IMG/VR virus record: IMGVR_UViG_3300042992_000372 | Origin: an uncultured virus (IMG/VR IMGVR_UViG_3300042992_000372) | Taxonomy: Duplodnaviria; Heunggongvirae; Uroviricota; Caudoviricetes | Reading direction: 5' to 3' (one strand) | DNA length: 20,000 bases | Shown: piece by piece, positions 1 through 8,463 of the stretch | How positions within the stretch are numbered: the stretch's first letter is position 1 | Layout: each line of letters begins with the position of its first letter | The notes under the pieces: model-generated | Seen by the model: the letters and a program-made list of their open reading frames with translations, nothing else | What the model was told of the DNA's origin: nothing | Databases searched by the model: none | Made by a program: the position numbers and the translations under genes

Positions 1-3000
1 CCGGAACTACTGGATCTCAGGGAACTCAAGGTACTCAGGGAATACAAGGTATTCAAGGATTTGATGGTGGTTTATTAACACCAGGATCTTATGTAGGTAA
101 AGCTGTTAAAAATGGAACAGCTCAAACCATACCAAATGGTACTGATACCGTAGTAACTTTAGTTGATGATTTTGATCCTAATAACTGGTTTACATCAAAT
201 CAATTTAAACCTACTACAGCAGGATATTATTTAGTTAATGCTCAAGTATGGTGGAATGCAGGATCAGTCAATAATGATCAGAACAATATACAATTAAGAA
301 AAAATGGTTCTACACAAGTAGCAATTGCTCAAAATCCAATTGCAAATACAACAATTGGTTATTTCCAGTCAATTAATACTATTCTTTATTTCAATGGTAC
401 TACTGATTATATTGAATTAACTGCATTTACAGGTAATCCAACTTCTCAAGATATTAATGGAGCAGGAACTGGTACTTGGTTAGATGCTGCATTATATGCA
501 TATGGGCCTCAAGGAACTACTGGTTCTCAAGGAATTACAGGAACTCAGGGAGCAATAGGTACACAAGGTGCTGTAGGTTTACAGGGTTTACAAGGAATAC
601 AAGGATTACAAGGTTTAACTGGTACACAGGGTACTAATGGAGTTCAGGGAACTACCGGTTCTCAAGGTACTACAGGAGCCACAGGATCTCAAGGTTCAAC
701 AGGAACAACAGGTACTCAGGGTGCTGTAGGTTCACAAGGAACAACTGGTTTAACTGGGTCACAAGGAGCTACCGGAAGTACTGGAGCCCAAGGTACCGTA
801 GGTGCACAAGGCACTGTAGGTGCTACTGGTTCTCAAGGAACTACTGGGGCAACAGGTGCGCAAGGAACTACAGGATTACAAGGAGTACAGGGTATTCAAG
901 GACGTGAAGGTGCTATTGGTGCACAAGGGACTCAAGGTATAACTGGATCCCAAGGAACTACTGGTACACAGGGTATTCAAGGATTATTAGGTATTCAAGG
1001 TATACAGGGTGTAATAGGATTACAAGGTACTGTTGGTGCTACTGGATCTCAGGGTAGTACAGGTTCTACTGGTAGCCAAGGAGCTATAGGTTCTCAAGGT
1101 TCTACCGGAGCTACTGGCTCACAGGGCACCACTGGCGCGACTGGAGCCCAAGGCACAACTGGTTCACAAGGGACTACAGGTACAACAGGACTTCAAGGTA
1201 TTCAAGGAATCCAAGGAACTTTAGGTAATACTGGAGCACAAGGAACTACTGGAGCCCAAGGGACAACCGGAACTCAGGGTACCACTGGTACACAAGGGAC
1301 AACTGGAACAACGGGTGCAACAGGTTTACAAGGATTAACTGGTAGCCAAGGTACCACAGGTGCTACAGGCGCGCAGGGAAGTACTGGTGCAACAGGAACA
1401 CAAGGCGCAGTAGGTAGTCAAGGAACTACTGGTAATACAGGAAGTCAAGGTGCTACTGGTTCAACAGGATCTCAAGGTACTACCGGCACACAAGGTACTA
1501 CAGGTTTAACTGGAGCTCAAGGAACTCAAGGAACTTTAGGTATCCAAGGTGTACAAGGAACATTAGGAATTCAAGGTGTAACTGGTACTCAAGGTACTCA
1601 AGGTGTAATAGGCCCTGTTGGTGCACAAGGTACAACCGGAGCAACTGGATCACAAGGAAGTACTGGTAGTACAGGATCTCAAGGAACAACAGGTTCTCAA
1701 GGATCTACTGGTGCTACAGGAAATACCGGAGCTCAGGGAACAACTGGATCACAGGGTACTACTGGCGCAACAGGGGCACAAGGTACCACTGGAACTCAAG
1801 GAGCTACAGGAACAACTGGAGCAACCGGTTCTCAGGGTGCTATAGGTAGTCAAGGCACTACCGGGGCTCAAGGAACTACAGGTACTACTGGTGCTACGGG
1901 AGCTCAAGGTACAACAGGTCTTCAAGGATTAACAGGTCTTCAAGGACAAACTGGTGCAACCGGTGCCCAAGGAGCAATTGGATCTACAGGATCTCAAGGA
2001 GCTGTGGGAACACAGGGTACAACAGGAGCTACTGGTAGTCAGGGTTCAACTGGTTCTACTGGTTCTCAGGGAACAACTGGAAGTCAAGGTACAACTGGAG
2101 CGACTGGTGCCACTGGGTCACAAGGAACACAAGGTATACAAGGTATTACAGGTAATACTGGTGCTACTGGATTACAAGGTATTCAAGGTATACAAGGCCG
2201 ACAAGGTGTTACTGGAACACAGGGTGCTATTGGTGCTACGGGCTCACAAGGCTCTACAGGTAGTACTGGTACACAAGGTGCAATTGGTTCACAAGGCAGT
2301 ACTGGAGCAACTGGTAACACAGGAGCACAAGGTGCAATTGGAGCACAGGGTGCTGTTGGTACAACTGGATCTACTGGAGCGCAAGGAGCTGTAGGTAGTC
2401 AAGGTACTACGGGTGCAACTGGTGCAACAGGAAGTCAAGGTATTCAAGGCTTTGTTGGAAATACAGGTGCACAAGGAACCACAGGTTCAACCGGTGCCAC
2501 AGGTTCTCAAGGTATCCAGGGTATTGTAGGTAATACAGGACCAACAGGAGCTACGGGTGCACAAGGTGCAATAGGAAGTACTGGTTCACAGGGTACCACT
2601 GGAACTCAGGGTACTGTAGGAGCAACAGGCTCACAAGGAACAACCGGAGCTACAGGAGCTCAAGGAACTGTAGGCTCTCAAGGTACGACAGGTGCAACAG
2701 GAGCTCAGGGAGCTATTGGTAGTACAGGTTCTCAAGGTGTTATTGGTAGTCAAGGAGCAATTGGTGCAACTGGTAATCAAGGAACCACTGGTACTCAAGG
2801 TGCTGTTGGTGGAACTGGAGGTACCGGTGCACAAGGAGCTACTGGTGCAACAGGTTTACAGGGTATTCAAGGAATCCAGGGTAGACAAGGTACTACAGGA
2901 ACTACAGGTAATACAGGAGCTCAGGGTACACAAGGAACAACAGGTGCAACTGGAGGAACTGGAAGTCAGGGTACTACAGGATCACAGGGATCAGTAGGAT

Positions 3001-3824
3001 CAACCGGAGCTCAAGGTATACAAGGTATTGTGGGAAGTACTGGGTCTACTGGAGCACAGGGTATTCAAGGTATTGTTGGATCTACTGGACCACAAGGAAA
3101 TCAAGGAGCAACTGGAGCTCAAGGAGCAACCGGTGCTACTGGTGGAACAGGAGCACAAGGAACCACAGGTGCTACGGGTAGTACTGGTGCGCAAGGTATT
3201 CAAGGTATTATTGGTACTGGTACTCAAGGAACTCAGGGTGTTCAAGGTCCTTCCGGTGGTGGAGGTGGAGGTTGTACTGTTGAAAACTGGATAATTGCTT
3301 CAAACTCTACTTCATATACAGATGATACAAACTTAGGATCTGGTAAATATTATATTGGTGAGGCAGATTGTGGATGGAATGGTTGTGACTTAAATGTTGT
3401 TAGTACAGTTAGTAGAGAAAGAACAGACCCAATTCTTACTCAAAATCTTAATTGTGGAATTGCTCTTCCTCATGATTTACAATCTGGTGATGTTGTTACA
3501 CTATGTGGAATGGCATGGATTCAAAATAACTATACAGTAGATCCGCCAACTGCTATTGAGTATTATATTGGGTACATTCAATGTAGTACATGGAATCCTA
3601 TTACTAATGTATTTCCACAAACATCTTTAGCTAATGGTTCAACAGGTTTTAGTATAACTGATCAATATGTTTGTTATACTTTAGAAGTTCCATTATCTGA
3701 TGCTTATGATGCATGTGATACATTTATGACAGTAGGTCATAATGTTACAGGTTCTTCTGCTTCAGATCCAGATTTTCAAGTAAAACTTACTTGGACATTA
3801 AGTGTACAAAGAAGTTGTGTATAG
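1..3824 (+). CDS. Giant collagen-like fibre protein, 5'-truncated (at least 1273 aa): collagen / C1q-like domain / about 305 Gly-X-Y triplets / Gly6 hinge / Cys-rich C-terminal domain
   Basis: The frame starting at nt 3 (GGA ACT ACT GGA TCT CAG...) is open and in frame with the listed 2004..3824 ORF. The GTG at 2004 is an internal Val of a G-A-V triplet. The stop is TAG at 3822-3824. Confidence 0.93.
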   Translation, partial: GTTGSQGTQGTQGIQGIQGFDGGLLTPGSYVGKAVKNGTAQTIPNGTDTVVTLVDDFDPNNWFTSNQFKPTTAGYYLVNAQVWWNAGSVNNDQNNIQLRKNGSTQVAIAQNPIANTTIGYFQSINTILYFNGTTDYIELTAFTGNPTSQDINGAGTGTWLDAALYAYGPQGTTGSQGITGTQGAIGTQGAVGLQGLQGIQGLQGLTGTQGTNGVQGTTGSQGTTGATGSQGSTGTTGTQGAVGSQGTTGLTGSQGATGSTGAQGTVGAQGTVGATGSQGTTGATGAQGTTGLQGVQGIQGREGAIGAQGTQGITGSQGTTGTQGIQGLLGIQGIQGVIGLQGTVGATGSQGSTGSTGSQGAIGSQGSTGATGSQGTTGATGAQGTTGSQGTTGTTGLQGIQGIQGTLGNTGAQGTTGAQGTTGTQGTTGTQGTTGTTGATGLQGLTGSQGTTGATGAQGSTGATGTQGAVGSQGTTGNTGSQGATGSTGSQGTTGTQGTTGLTGAQGTQGTLGIQGVQGTLGIQGVTGTQGTQGVIGPVGAQGTTGATGSQGSTGSTGSQGTTGSQGSTGATGNTGAQGTTGSQGTTGATGAQGTTGTQGATGTTGATGSQGAIGSQGTTGAQGTTGTTGATGAQGTTGLQGLTGLQGQTGATGAQGAIGSTGSQGAVGTQGTTGATGSQGSTGSTGSQGTTGSQGTTGATGATGSQGTQGIQGITGNTGATGLQGIQGIQGRQGVTGTQGAIGATGSQGSTGSTGTQGAIGSQGSTGATGNTGAQGAIGAQGAVGTTGSTGAQGAVGSQGTTGATGATGSQGIQGFVGNTGAQGTTGSTGATGSQGIQGIVGNTGPTGATGAQGAIGSTGSQGTTGTQGTVGATGSQGTTGATGAQGTVGSQGTTGATGAQGAIGSTGSQGVIGSQGAIGATGNQGTTGTQGAVGGTGGTGAQGATGATGLQGIQGIQGRQGTTGTTGNTGAQGTQGTTGATGGTGSQGTTGSQGSVGSTGAQGIQGIVGSTGSTGAQGIQGIVGSTGPQGNQGATGAQGATGATGGTGAQGTTGATGSTGAQGIQGIIGTGTQGTQGVQGPSGGGGGGCTVENWIIASNSTSYTDDTNLGSGKYYIGEADCGWNGCDLNVVSTVSRERTDPILTQNLNCGIALPHDLQSGDVVTLCGMAWIQNNYTVDPPTAIEYYIGYIQCSTWNPITNVFPQTSLANGSTGFSITDQYVCYTLEVPLSDAYDACDTFMTVGHNVTGSSASDPDFQVKLTWTLSVQRSCV
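60..503 (+). other. Internal C1q/TNF-like (gC1q / BclA-CTD-like) beta-sandwich domain in the collagen protein
   Basis: The translation ...[28 protein letters not shown]...IQLRKNGS...[19 protein letters not shown]...TWLDAALY shows C1q-type motifs (F-x-P-x-x-x-G-Y-Y-x-V, L-x-K-N-G, D-Y-I-E-L) and is flanked by Gly-X-Y on both sides. Confidence 0.75.
504..3254 (+). repeat. Degenerate 9-bp coding repeat (Gly-X-Y collagen tract)
   Basis: A GGN codon occurs every 9 nt from 504 to 3212 (301 triplets). One G-T-G register slip follows at 3213-3221, then four more triplets. Common triplets are [18 protein letters not shown] and GIQ. Confidence 0.97.
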
Positions 3825-3844
3825 TATGAGTTGAAAAATTATAT

Positions 3845-3852
3845 TATATTTG
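3845..3852 (+). promoter_or_regulatory. Candidate Bacteroidota sigma-A -7 promoter element (TAnnTTTG)
   Basis: TATATTTG lies in the 46-nt intergenic gap, 18 nt before the ATG at 3871. No well-spaced -33 TTTG is evident. Confidence 0.55.
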
Positions 3853-3870
3853 TTGTAAAACCAACAGCAG

Positions 3871-6090
3871 ATGAATAACTTATGTCAACTTGCCCTCCAA
3901 AATGGAGGATCTGTAAACTACTTAACAATACCATCAAATCTTACAGAAGGGTTAGGACTAACTAACCCTTCTCTACTTATAGTAGATGGATATTATCTTT
4001 TGAATCTAAGACATGTTCAATACGCACTATATCATAGTGAAGGAGAACAGAAATATCAAACTCCCTGGGGACCATTAGCATATCTTAATCCAGAGGATGA
4101 CGTTACTCTTAGAACAACTAACTATCTATGTCAGATAGATCCTAATACACTTTCTATAGATAAATTTCAAAGAGTAGATACATCTAAACTAGATGTAAAA
4201 CCTATTTGGGAATTTATAGGACTTGAAGATGCTAGAGTAGTTTACTGGGATGATACATTATATCTTACAGGAGTACGTAGAGATACTACAACTAATGGTG
4301 AAGGTAGAATGGAGCTTTCTACAATAGAAAAAGAAGCTACAGAGACCAAGAGAGTAAGAATTGAACCACCAGGTAAAGGATCATATTGTGAAAAGAATTG
4401 GATGCCAATTATTGATATGCCATATCATTATGTGAAATGGTCAAATCCTACTGAAGTAGTAAAAGTAGATCCTGAGAAAGGCACTTCAGAAACTATTCAT
4501 TTAGTAGAACAAGACATAATATTTCCAAGAGATATAAGAGGTGGATCACAAGTTATTTCCTATCGCGGTATGTATATTGCACTTACTCATGAAGTAGATC
4601 TTTGGTATAATGAACAAGGAAGAAAAGATGCTCATTATTATCACAGATTTATTGTATGGGATAAAGATTGGAAAATAGTACACTACTCTGATGAGTTTAA
4701 GTTTATGACAGGTGCTATTGAATTCTCATGTGGTTTAGCATTTGATGGTAAAAACTTTATTATTCCATTTGGATTTCAAGATTCAACAGCTTATATCTTA
4801 AAAGTTCCTGCAGATGTAATTGAAGATGTATGCAATTTTACTGATAGAGTTGATAAAGTAAACTCTAAAGGAGCAACTCCATATAAACTAGAGTCATTTA
4901 TCAATGACCCATACAATGCTGATAAAACATTTGAACTTGCAGAATTCTATTTTACACAAGGACATTATGCATCAGCAATGTCTTATTATCTAAGAACTGC
5001 TGAGTATTCTCAAAATTCTGATAGAACATATGAAGCAGTATTAATGGTTGCTAAGTCTTTATGTACACTTACTAGAAGACCTGTTACTGAACTTGGTCTT
5101 TGGTTAAATGCATTAAATCTTGAACCAGGTAGACCAGAAGCATATTTATTCTTAAGTGAGTATTATGAAAAGCAAAAGAACTATCACCAAATGTATAGTT
5201 ATGCTGTAATGGGTTTAAGAAATCATATTTATGCAAAACCTATGACTGCTAATCTAGCATATGAAGGTGGTTATCAACTTGGCTTTCAAAAAGCTGTTGC
5301 TGCATGGTGGATTGGTAGAGGAAAAGAAGCTAGAGAAATTTTCTTAGAATTGGTTGCAAATGCAGATAATCTATCTGATAAATATAGAAAACTAGTACAG
5401 ACTAATATAACTTCATTGGGTACTGGACCAGATCCATTCTTAAGATATCATAAAGGTTTGCATGATCAATTGAGATATAAGTTTTCTGGATCAGAAACCA
5501 TTATGAAAAACTTCTCCCAAACTTACCAGGATATGTTTACTCTTAGTATGCTTAATGGTAAAAAAGACGGTAAGTATTTTGAAATTGGTGCTGCAGATCC
5601 ATTCCATGGTAGTAATACAGCATTACTAGAAAAATTGGGTTGGACTGGTACATCATTAGAAATCTTAGAACATGAGGTTACCAAGTTTAAACAACAGAGA
5701 AAGAATGAGATTATACTATGTGACGCTACAAAGTTTGATTACTCTATACTTAAAGGTCATATTGACTACTTGCAAGTTGACTGTGAACCACCAGGAACTA
5801 CTTATGAGATCCTTACAATGTTACCTTGGGATCAGTGTACTTTTGGAGTAATTACATATGAACATGATTACTATACAGATGTAACAAAATCTTTTAGAAC
5901 AAAGTCTAGAAATTTCTTACTAAGTAAAGGTTATATGCTTATTGCAAGTAATATCTCTCCTAATGATGATTGTCCTTATGAAGACTGGTGGGTACATCCT
6001 AAACATGTTGATGCAGAAATCATTAAGGTAATGCTTGCAGCAGATGATACAACTAAAAATGCAGAGAAATATATGCTTGGTAAGTTATAA
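3871..6090 (+). CDS. Multidomain protein: N-terminal five-bladed beta-propeller (GH130/DUF377/GT91-like), central TPR repeats, C-terminal FkbM-like SAM-dependent methyltransferase
   Basis: Propeller motifs NPSL, GLEDARV (aa ~117), EKNWMP (aa ~174), RGGSQ, IEFSCGL and FGFQD. TPR-like helices FELAEFYFTQGHYASAMSYY and ALNLEPGRPEAYLFLSEYY. Methyltransferase motifs SQTYQD (aa 549), YFEIGAADP..SNT..LE..GWTG, IDYLQVDCE, ITYEHD and EDWWV. Confidence 0.75.
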   Translation: MNNLCQLALQNGGSVNYLTIPSNLTEGLGLTNPSLLIVDGYYLLNLRHVQYALYHSEGEQKYQTPWGPLAYLNPEDDVTLRTTNYLCQIDPNTLSIDKFQRVDTSKLDVKPIWEFIGLEDARVVYWDDTLYLTGVRRDTTTNGEGRMELSTIEKEATETKRVRIEPPGKGSYCEKNWMPIIDMPYHYVKWSNPTEVVKVDPEKGTSETIHLVEQDIIFPRDIRGGSQVISYRGMYIALTHEVDLWYNEQGRKDAHYYHRFIVWDKDWKIVHYSDEFKFMTGAIEFSCGLAFDGKNFIIPFGFQDSTAYILKVPADVIEDVCNFTDRVDKVNSKGATPYKLESFINDPYNADKTFELAEFYFTQGHYASAMSYYLRTAEYSQNSDRTYEAVLMVAKSLCTLTRRPVTELGLWLNALNLEPGRPEAYLFLSEYYEKQKNYHQMYSYAVMGLRNHIYAKPMTANLAYEGGYQLGFQKAVAAWWIGRGKEAREIFLELVANADNLSDKYRKLVQTNITSLGTGPDPFLRYHKGLHDQLRYKFSGSETIMKNFSQTYQDMFTLSMLNGKKDGKYFEIGAADPFHGSNTALLEKLGWTGTSLEILEHEVTKFKQQRKNEIILCDATKFDYSILKGHIDYLQVDCEPPGTTYEILTMLPWDQCTFGVITYEHDYYTDVTKSFRTKSRNFLLSKGYMLIASNISPNDDCPYEDWWVHPKHVDAEIIKVMLAADDTTKNAEKYMLGKL

Positions 6091-6093
6091 ATT

Positions 6094-6104
6094 TTTTGTA
6101 TATT
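6094..6104 (+). promoter_or_regulatory. Recurrent intergenic motif TTTTGTATATT (candidate promoter), copy 1
   Basis: The same 11-mer occurs at 9480-9490 and 17228-17238, each time at a module boundary. Confidence 0.55.
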
Positions 6105-6110
6105 ATATGT

Positions 6111-6617
6111 ATGAGGAACATACATATATCACGTATTAATCTTTCAACCATATTACAGGTATGTCTTATAGTGATGTGCCTGTTTTTGCTTTTAAGAAAA
6201 CCTACTCAGGTTTATCCGGTCAGTAAGCAAAAAGTAATTGAGAAAAGAATTGAAGGTAAAGAGACTCTAATAAAAGAGCAAGGGCAAGTAATAGACAATA
6301 GTAAAGAGTTTATTGCAGAACTTAATGCTGGCTTATTAGACTTACATTCTCAGTTAGATAACGTAAGAAACTCTAAAGATACCTTCAACATTGTCCAGAT
6401 TCAGGACACAATGATCCATGTACTATACCGTAGAGATAAAGAAAAGGATGTTATTATAGCAGCCCAGGATACTATTATCCAAGCGCAGAGATACATTATC
6501 AATGCTAAGGATACTATTATAGCAACTAAAGACTTTGATTTAAAGAGAATAAAGAGGCAAAGAAACATTTCCATTCTACTGAATGGATTATTAACAACAG
6601 GATTAATTATAAAATGA
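6111..6617 (+). CDS. Membrane-anchored coiled-coil protein of the lysis cassette (spanin-like candidate), 168 aa
   Basis: ATG at 6111 is preferred over TTG at 6096. N-terminal hydrophobic helix ILQVCLIVMCLFLLL, coiled coil with repeated (Q/K)DT(I/M)I units, basic patch KRIKRQR and a C-terminal hydrophobic tail. Confidence 0.6.
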   Translation: MRNIHISRINLSTILQVCLIVMCLFLLLRKPTQVYPVSKQKVIEKRIEGKETLIKEQGQVIDNSKEFIAELNAGLLDLHSQLDNVRNSKDTFNIVQIQDTMIHVLYRRDKEKDVIIAAQDTIIQAQRYIINAKDTIIATKDFDLKRIKRQRNISILLNGLLTTGLIIK

Positions 6618-6877
6618 TGGAAATAGCACAGTTAGTTCAATGGGGACTTATTGCAGTAACAGGAGTACTTGGTTACTTTTTAAGAATGATCCACACAGAT
6701 GTTAGAAATAACACAGAAAGCCTAGGTAAACTTAAAGGTAAAATTGAATTGGTAGAACAAGAATCAAGACTTAAGTATCAAGCAATTCAAGAACAAACTC
6801 AGTTAGAAATTAAGAACCTAGCAAGAACTGTAGGTGAGCTATCTGATGCAGTTAAACAATTAATATTACAAAGATAA
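6614..6877 (+). CDS. Small single-TM + coiled-coil protein (holin/hemolysin XhlA-like candidate)
   Basis: TM segment LVQWGLIAVTGVLGYFL followed by a heptad-rich tail. ATGA overlap with the upstream gene. Confidence 0.55.
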   Translation: MMEIAQLVQWGLIAVTGVLGYFLRMIHTDVRNNTESLGKLKGKIELVEQESRLKYQAIQEQTQLEIKNLARTVGELSDAVKQLILQR

Positions 6878-7077
6878 TGGATACAACAGCAGTAGAAACA
6901 ACTGCACCAGATTTTGGTGTATTTGGACAACTAGCAGACTACGGTCCGCTAGGTTTAGCAGTATTGGCTCTTGGATATGTTGCTTGGTTATTTATCAAGA
7001 GATACCTTGATGATAACAAGAAGATGAAAGAAGAGCTTGAAGAAAAGAAAGTAGTAAAGAGAAAAACTAAGAAGTAA
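6877..7077 (+). CDS. Small single-TM protein, BhlA/UviB-like holin candidate (paralog 1)
   Basis: LADYGPLGLAVLALGYVAWLFI followed by a charged, Lys-rich tail. TAATG coupling on both sides. Confidence 0.55.
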   Translation: MDTTAVETTAPDFGVFGQLADYGPLGLAVLALGYVAWLFIKRYLDDNKKMKEELEEKKVVKRKTKK

Positions 7078-7325
7078 TGTCATTCGGTCCCTTTGAAGTA
7101 TTAACACAGTACGGAGTATTAGGCTTTGCTGTTTTAGCACTGGGTTATTTATGCTGGATGTTTTTAAACAAACTACTCAAGAGTGAGGAAGAGTTAAAAG
7201 CAAGAGTAGAGGAGCTAGAAGGTGATTACAGAGATGATCTAGAAAAGAAACTAGATGAAAGCACTGAGAGCTCAAAAAGTCTAAAAGAAACTGTGTTGAT
7301 GCTATTTGGTAAAACAAAAAAATGA
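7077..7325 (+). CDS. Small single-TM protein, BhlA/UviB-like holin candidate (paralog 2)
   Basis: LTQYGVLGFAVLALGYLCWMFL followed by an acidic coiled coil. Visibly homologous to the preceding ORF. Confidence 0.55.
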   Translation: MSFGPFEVLTQYGVLGFAVLALGYLCWMFLNKLLKSEEELKARVEELEGDYRDDLEKKLDESTESSKSLKETVLMLFGKTKK

Positions 7326-7702
7326 AAAAGAAACTTCTTATAGTTGGAGCATTGTTTATCACAATTGTGGTAATACAAATATTTTCTAGCGGTACAGAAC
7401 ACGTTGTTGTTGTAGAAGATAATATACAACTTACCGGAGAAAACAAACAGCTTACTACAGCAAATAAGAAACTTACCAATAGTGTTAATCAACTAAAGGC
7501 TGAGAACCAAGAATTAGTAACAGATAAAGCTAATCTTGAGAATATGGTGGCAGAAGTAATAGGAGATTTAGATAGTACAAAGTCTATAGTTAAAGACATT
7601 AAAAAAGAACTAGCACATGAAAAGGATGTTAATGTTAAGCAGTCTACTGGTGACCAGTTTGATTTTCAGCCAATCAAACTACCCACTGAAGACGGTAATT
7701 AA
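7322..7702 (+). CDS. Signal-anchored coiled-coil protein, inner-membrane spanin (Rz-like) candidate
   Basis: MKKKLLIVGALFITIVVIQIF anchor followed by a long heptad coiled coil. Its 3' end overlaps the next ORF by 86 nt, as in overlapped spanin pairs. Confidence 0.55.
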   Translation: MKKKLLIVGALFITIVVIQIFSSGTEHVVVVEDNIQLTGENKQLTTANKKLTNSVNQLKAENQELVTDKANLENMVAEVIGDLDSTKSIVKDIKKELAHEKDVNVKQSTGDQFDFQPIKLPTEDGN

Positions 7703-8165
7703 AGGGGATAGTGTAGTAATCTTAACTGTTCAACAAGCTGATGACATTAATAATATATTTGAAAGTCAGAAAGCAAAGATTGCAGCATTTAAAAAAGATC
7801 TGATTACTAAAGATAGTATTATTGCAATATTAGATACAATAATTCTTGAGAAGGAAAGAGTAATAATTGAGCATGTATTTGATGATGAGATAGCACAAAG
7901 GCTGGATATGCTTGAAGCTTGGTTATTAGATGCATCAATTAATAATGTATGGATATATTACTCATGGGATGACAGCACAATGTATGCTGTAGACTTGAGC
8001 CAATATTATGTACAAAAGGATAATATGAATGGAGATTTATATTTTTATAAGTGTCCAGATCCTTTTGATCCTTATGAGAAAAAGGAAAATCCCCTCAAAG
8101 GATGGGAAAGAGCAATTATTAAACCAGAGAGACCTAAGGTAACTAAGGTTCCAATTAAATTATAA
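7617..8165 (+). CDS. Secreted protein with Sec/SPI-type signal peptide, at the Rz1 (outer spanin) position
   Basis: Signal peptide MKRMLMLSSLLVTSLIFS|Q without a lipobox Cys, then YP...I.GDSVV and a coiled coil, then an aromatic/Pro-rich C-terminal region. Confidence 0.55.
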   Translation: MKRMLMLSSLLVTSLIFSQSNYPLKTVIKGDSVVILTVQQADDINNIFESQKAKIAAFKKDLITKDSIIAILDTIILEKERVIIEHVFDDEIAQRLDMLEAWLLDASINNVWIYYSWDDSTMYAVDLSQYYVQKDNMNGDLYFYKCPDPFDPYEKKENPLKGWERAIIKPERPKVTKVPIKL

Positions 8166-8168
8166 GTT

Positions 8169-8444
8169 ATGAGAAAATTATTTAGAGAACTGATCAGTGA
8201 TGATAATCAAATTAATGAGCAAGCATTTGTAGGGGTAATATCATTCTTTGCAATGGTATTTGTACTATTTGTAGATGTAATTACAGGTATTATTGGTAAT
8301 GAACTAATCATCAAAGAATTTATCTTTGATGGATTTATGTTACTTACCTTAGGTGCATTTGGTATTACAACTGCCGGACGCATTATGGCTTTAAAGAATA
8401 AAGCAAAGAAACAAGAAGAGACTTCAGAAGAAGTAGTAGATTAA
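8169..8444 (+). CDS. Putative holin (two TM helices)
   Basis: Hydrophobic segments AFVGVISFFAMVFVLFVDVITGII and FIFDGFMLLTLGAFGITTA, a charged C-tail, and a position directly upstream of the endolysin. Confidence 0.65.
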   Translation: MRKLFRELISDDNQINEQAFVGVISFFAMVFVLFVDVITGIIGNELIIKEFIFDGFMLLTLGAFGITTAGRIMALKNKAKKQEETSEEVVD

Positions 8445-8463
8445 TCATATAAAACAAAACACA

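Noticed and set aside
2004..2006. GTG start assigned to the collagen ORF
   Set aside because: It is an internal Val codon. The frame is open from the window start, so the true start lies upstream of the window.
504..3254. Possible CRISPR array or non-coding tandem repeat
   Set aside because: There is no constant repeat with unique spacers. Variation concentrates at synonymous and X/Y positions, as expected for coding sequence.
1498..3294. Alternative-frame and minus-strand ORFs inside the collagen gene (1498..1689, 1618..1845, 1954..2394, 2289..2474, 2631..2834, 2692..2997, 3000..3245, 3028..3294)
   Set aside because: They are shadows of the 9-bp periodic repeat, and their translations are low-complexity frame-shifted versions of Gly-X-Y.
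3273..3824. Diversity-generating retroelement target in the fibre tip
   Set aside because: No template-repeat/variable-repeat pair or reverse transcriptase is visible in this window. One elsewhere in the genome cannot be excluded.
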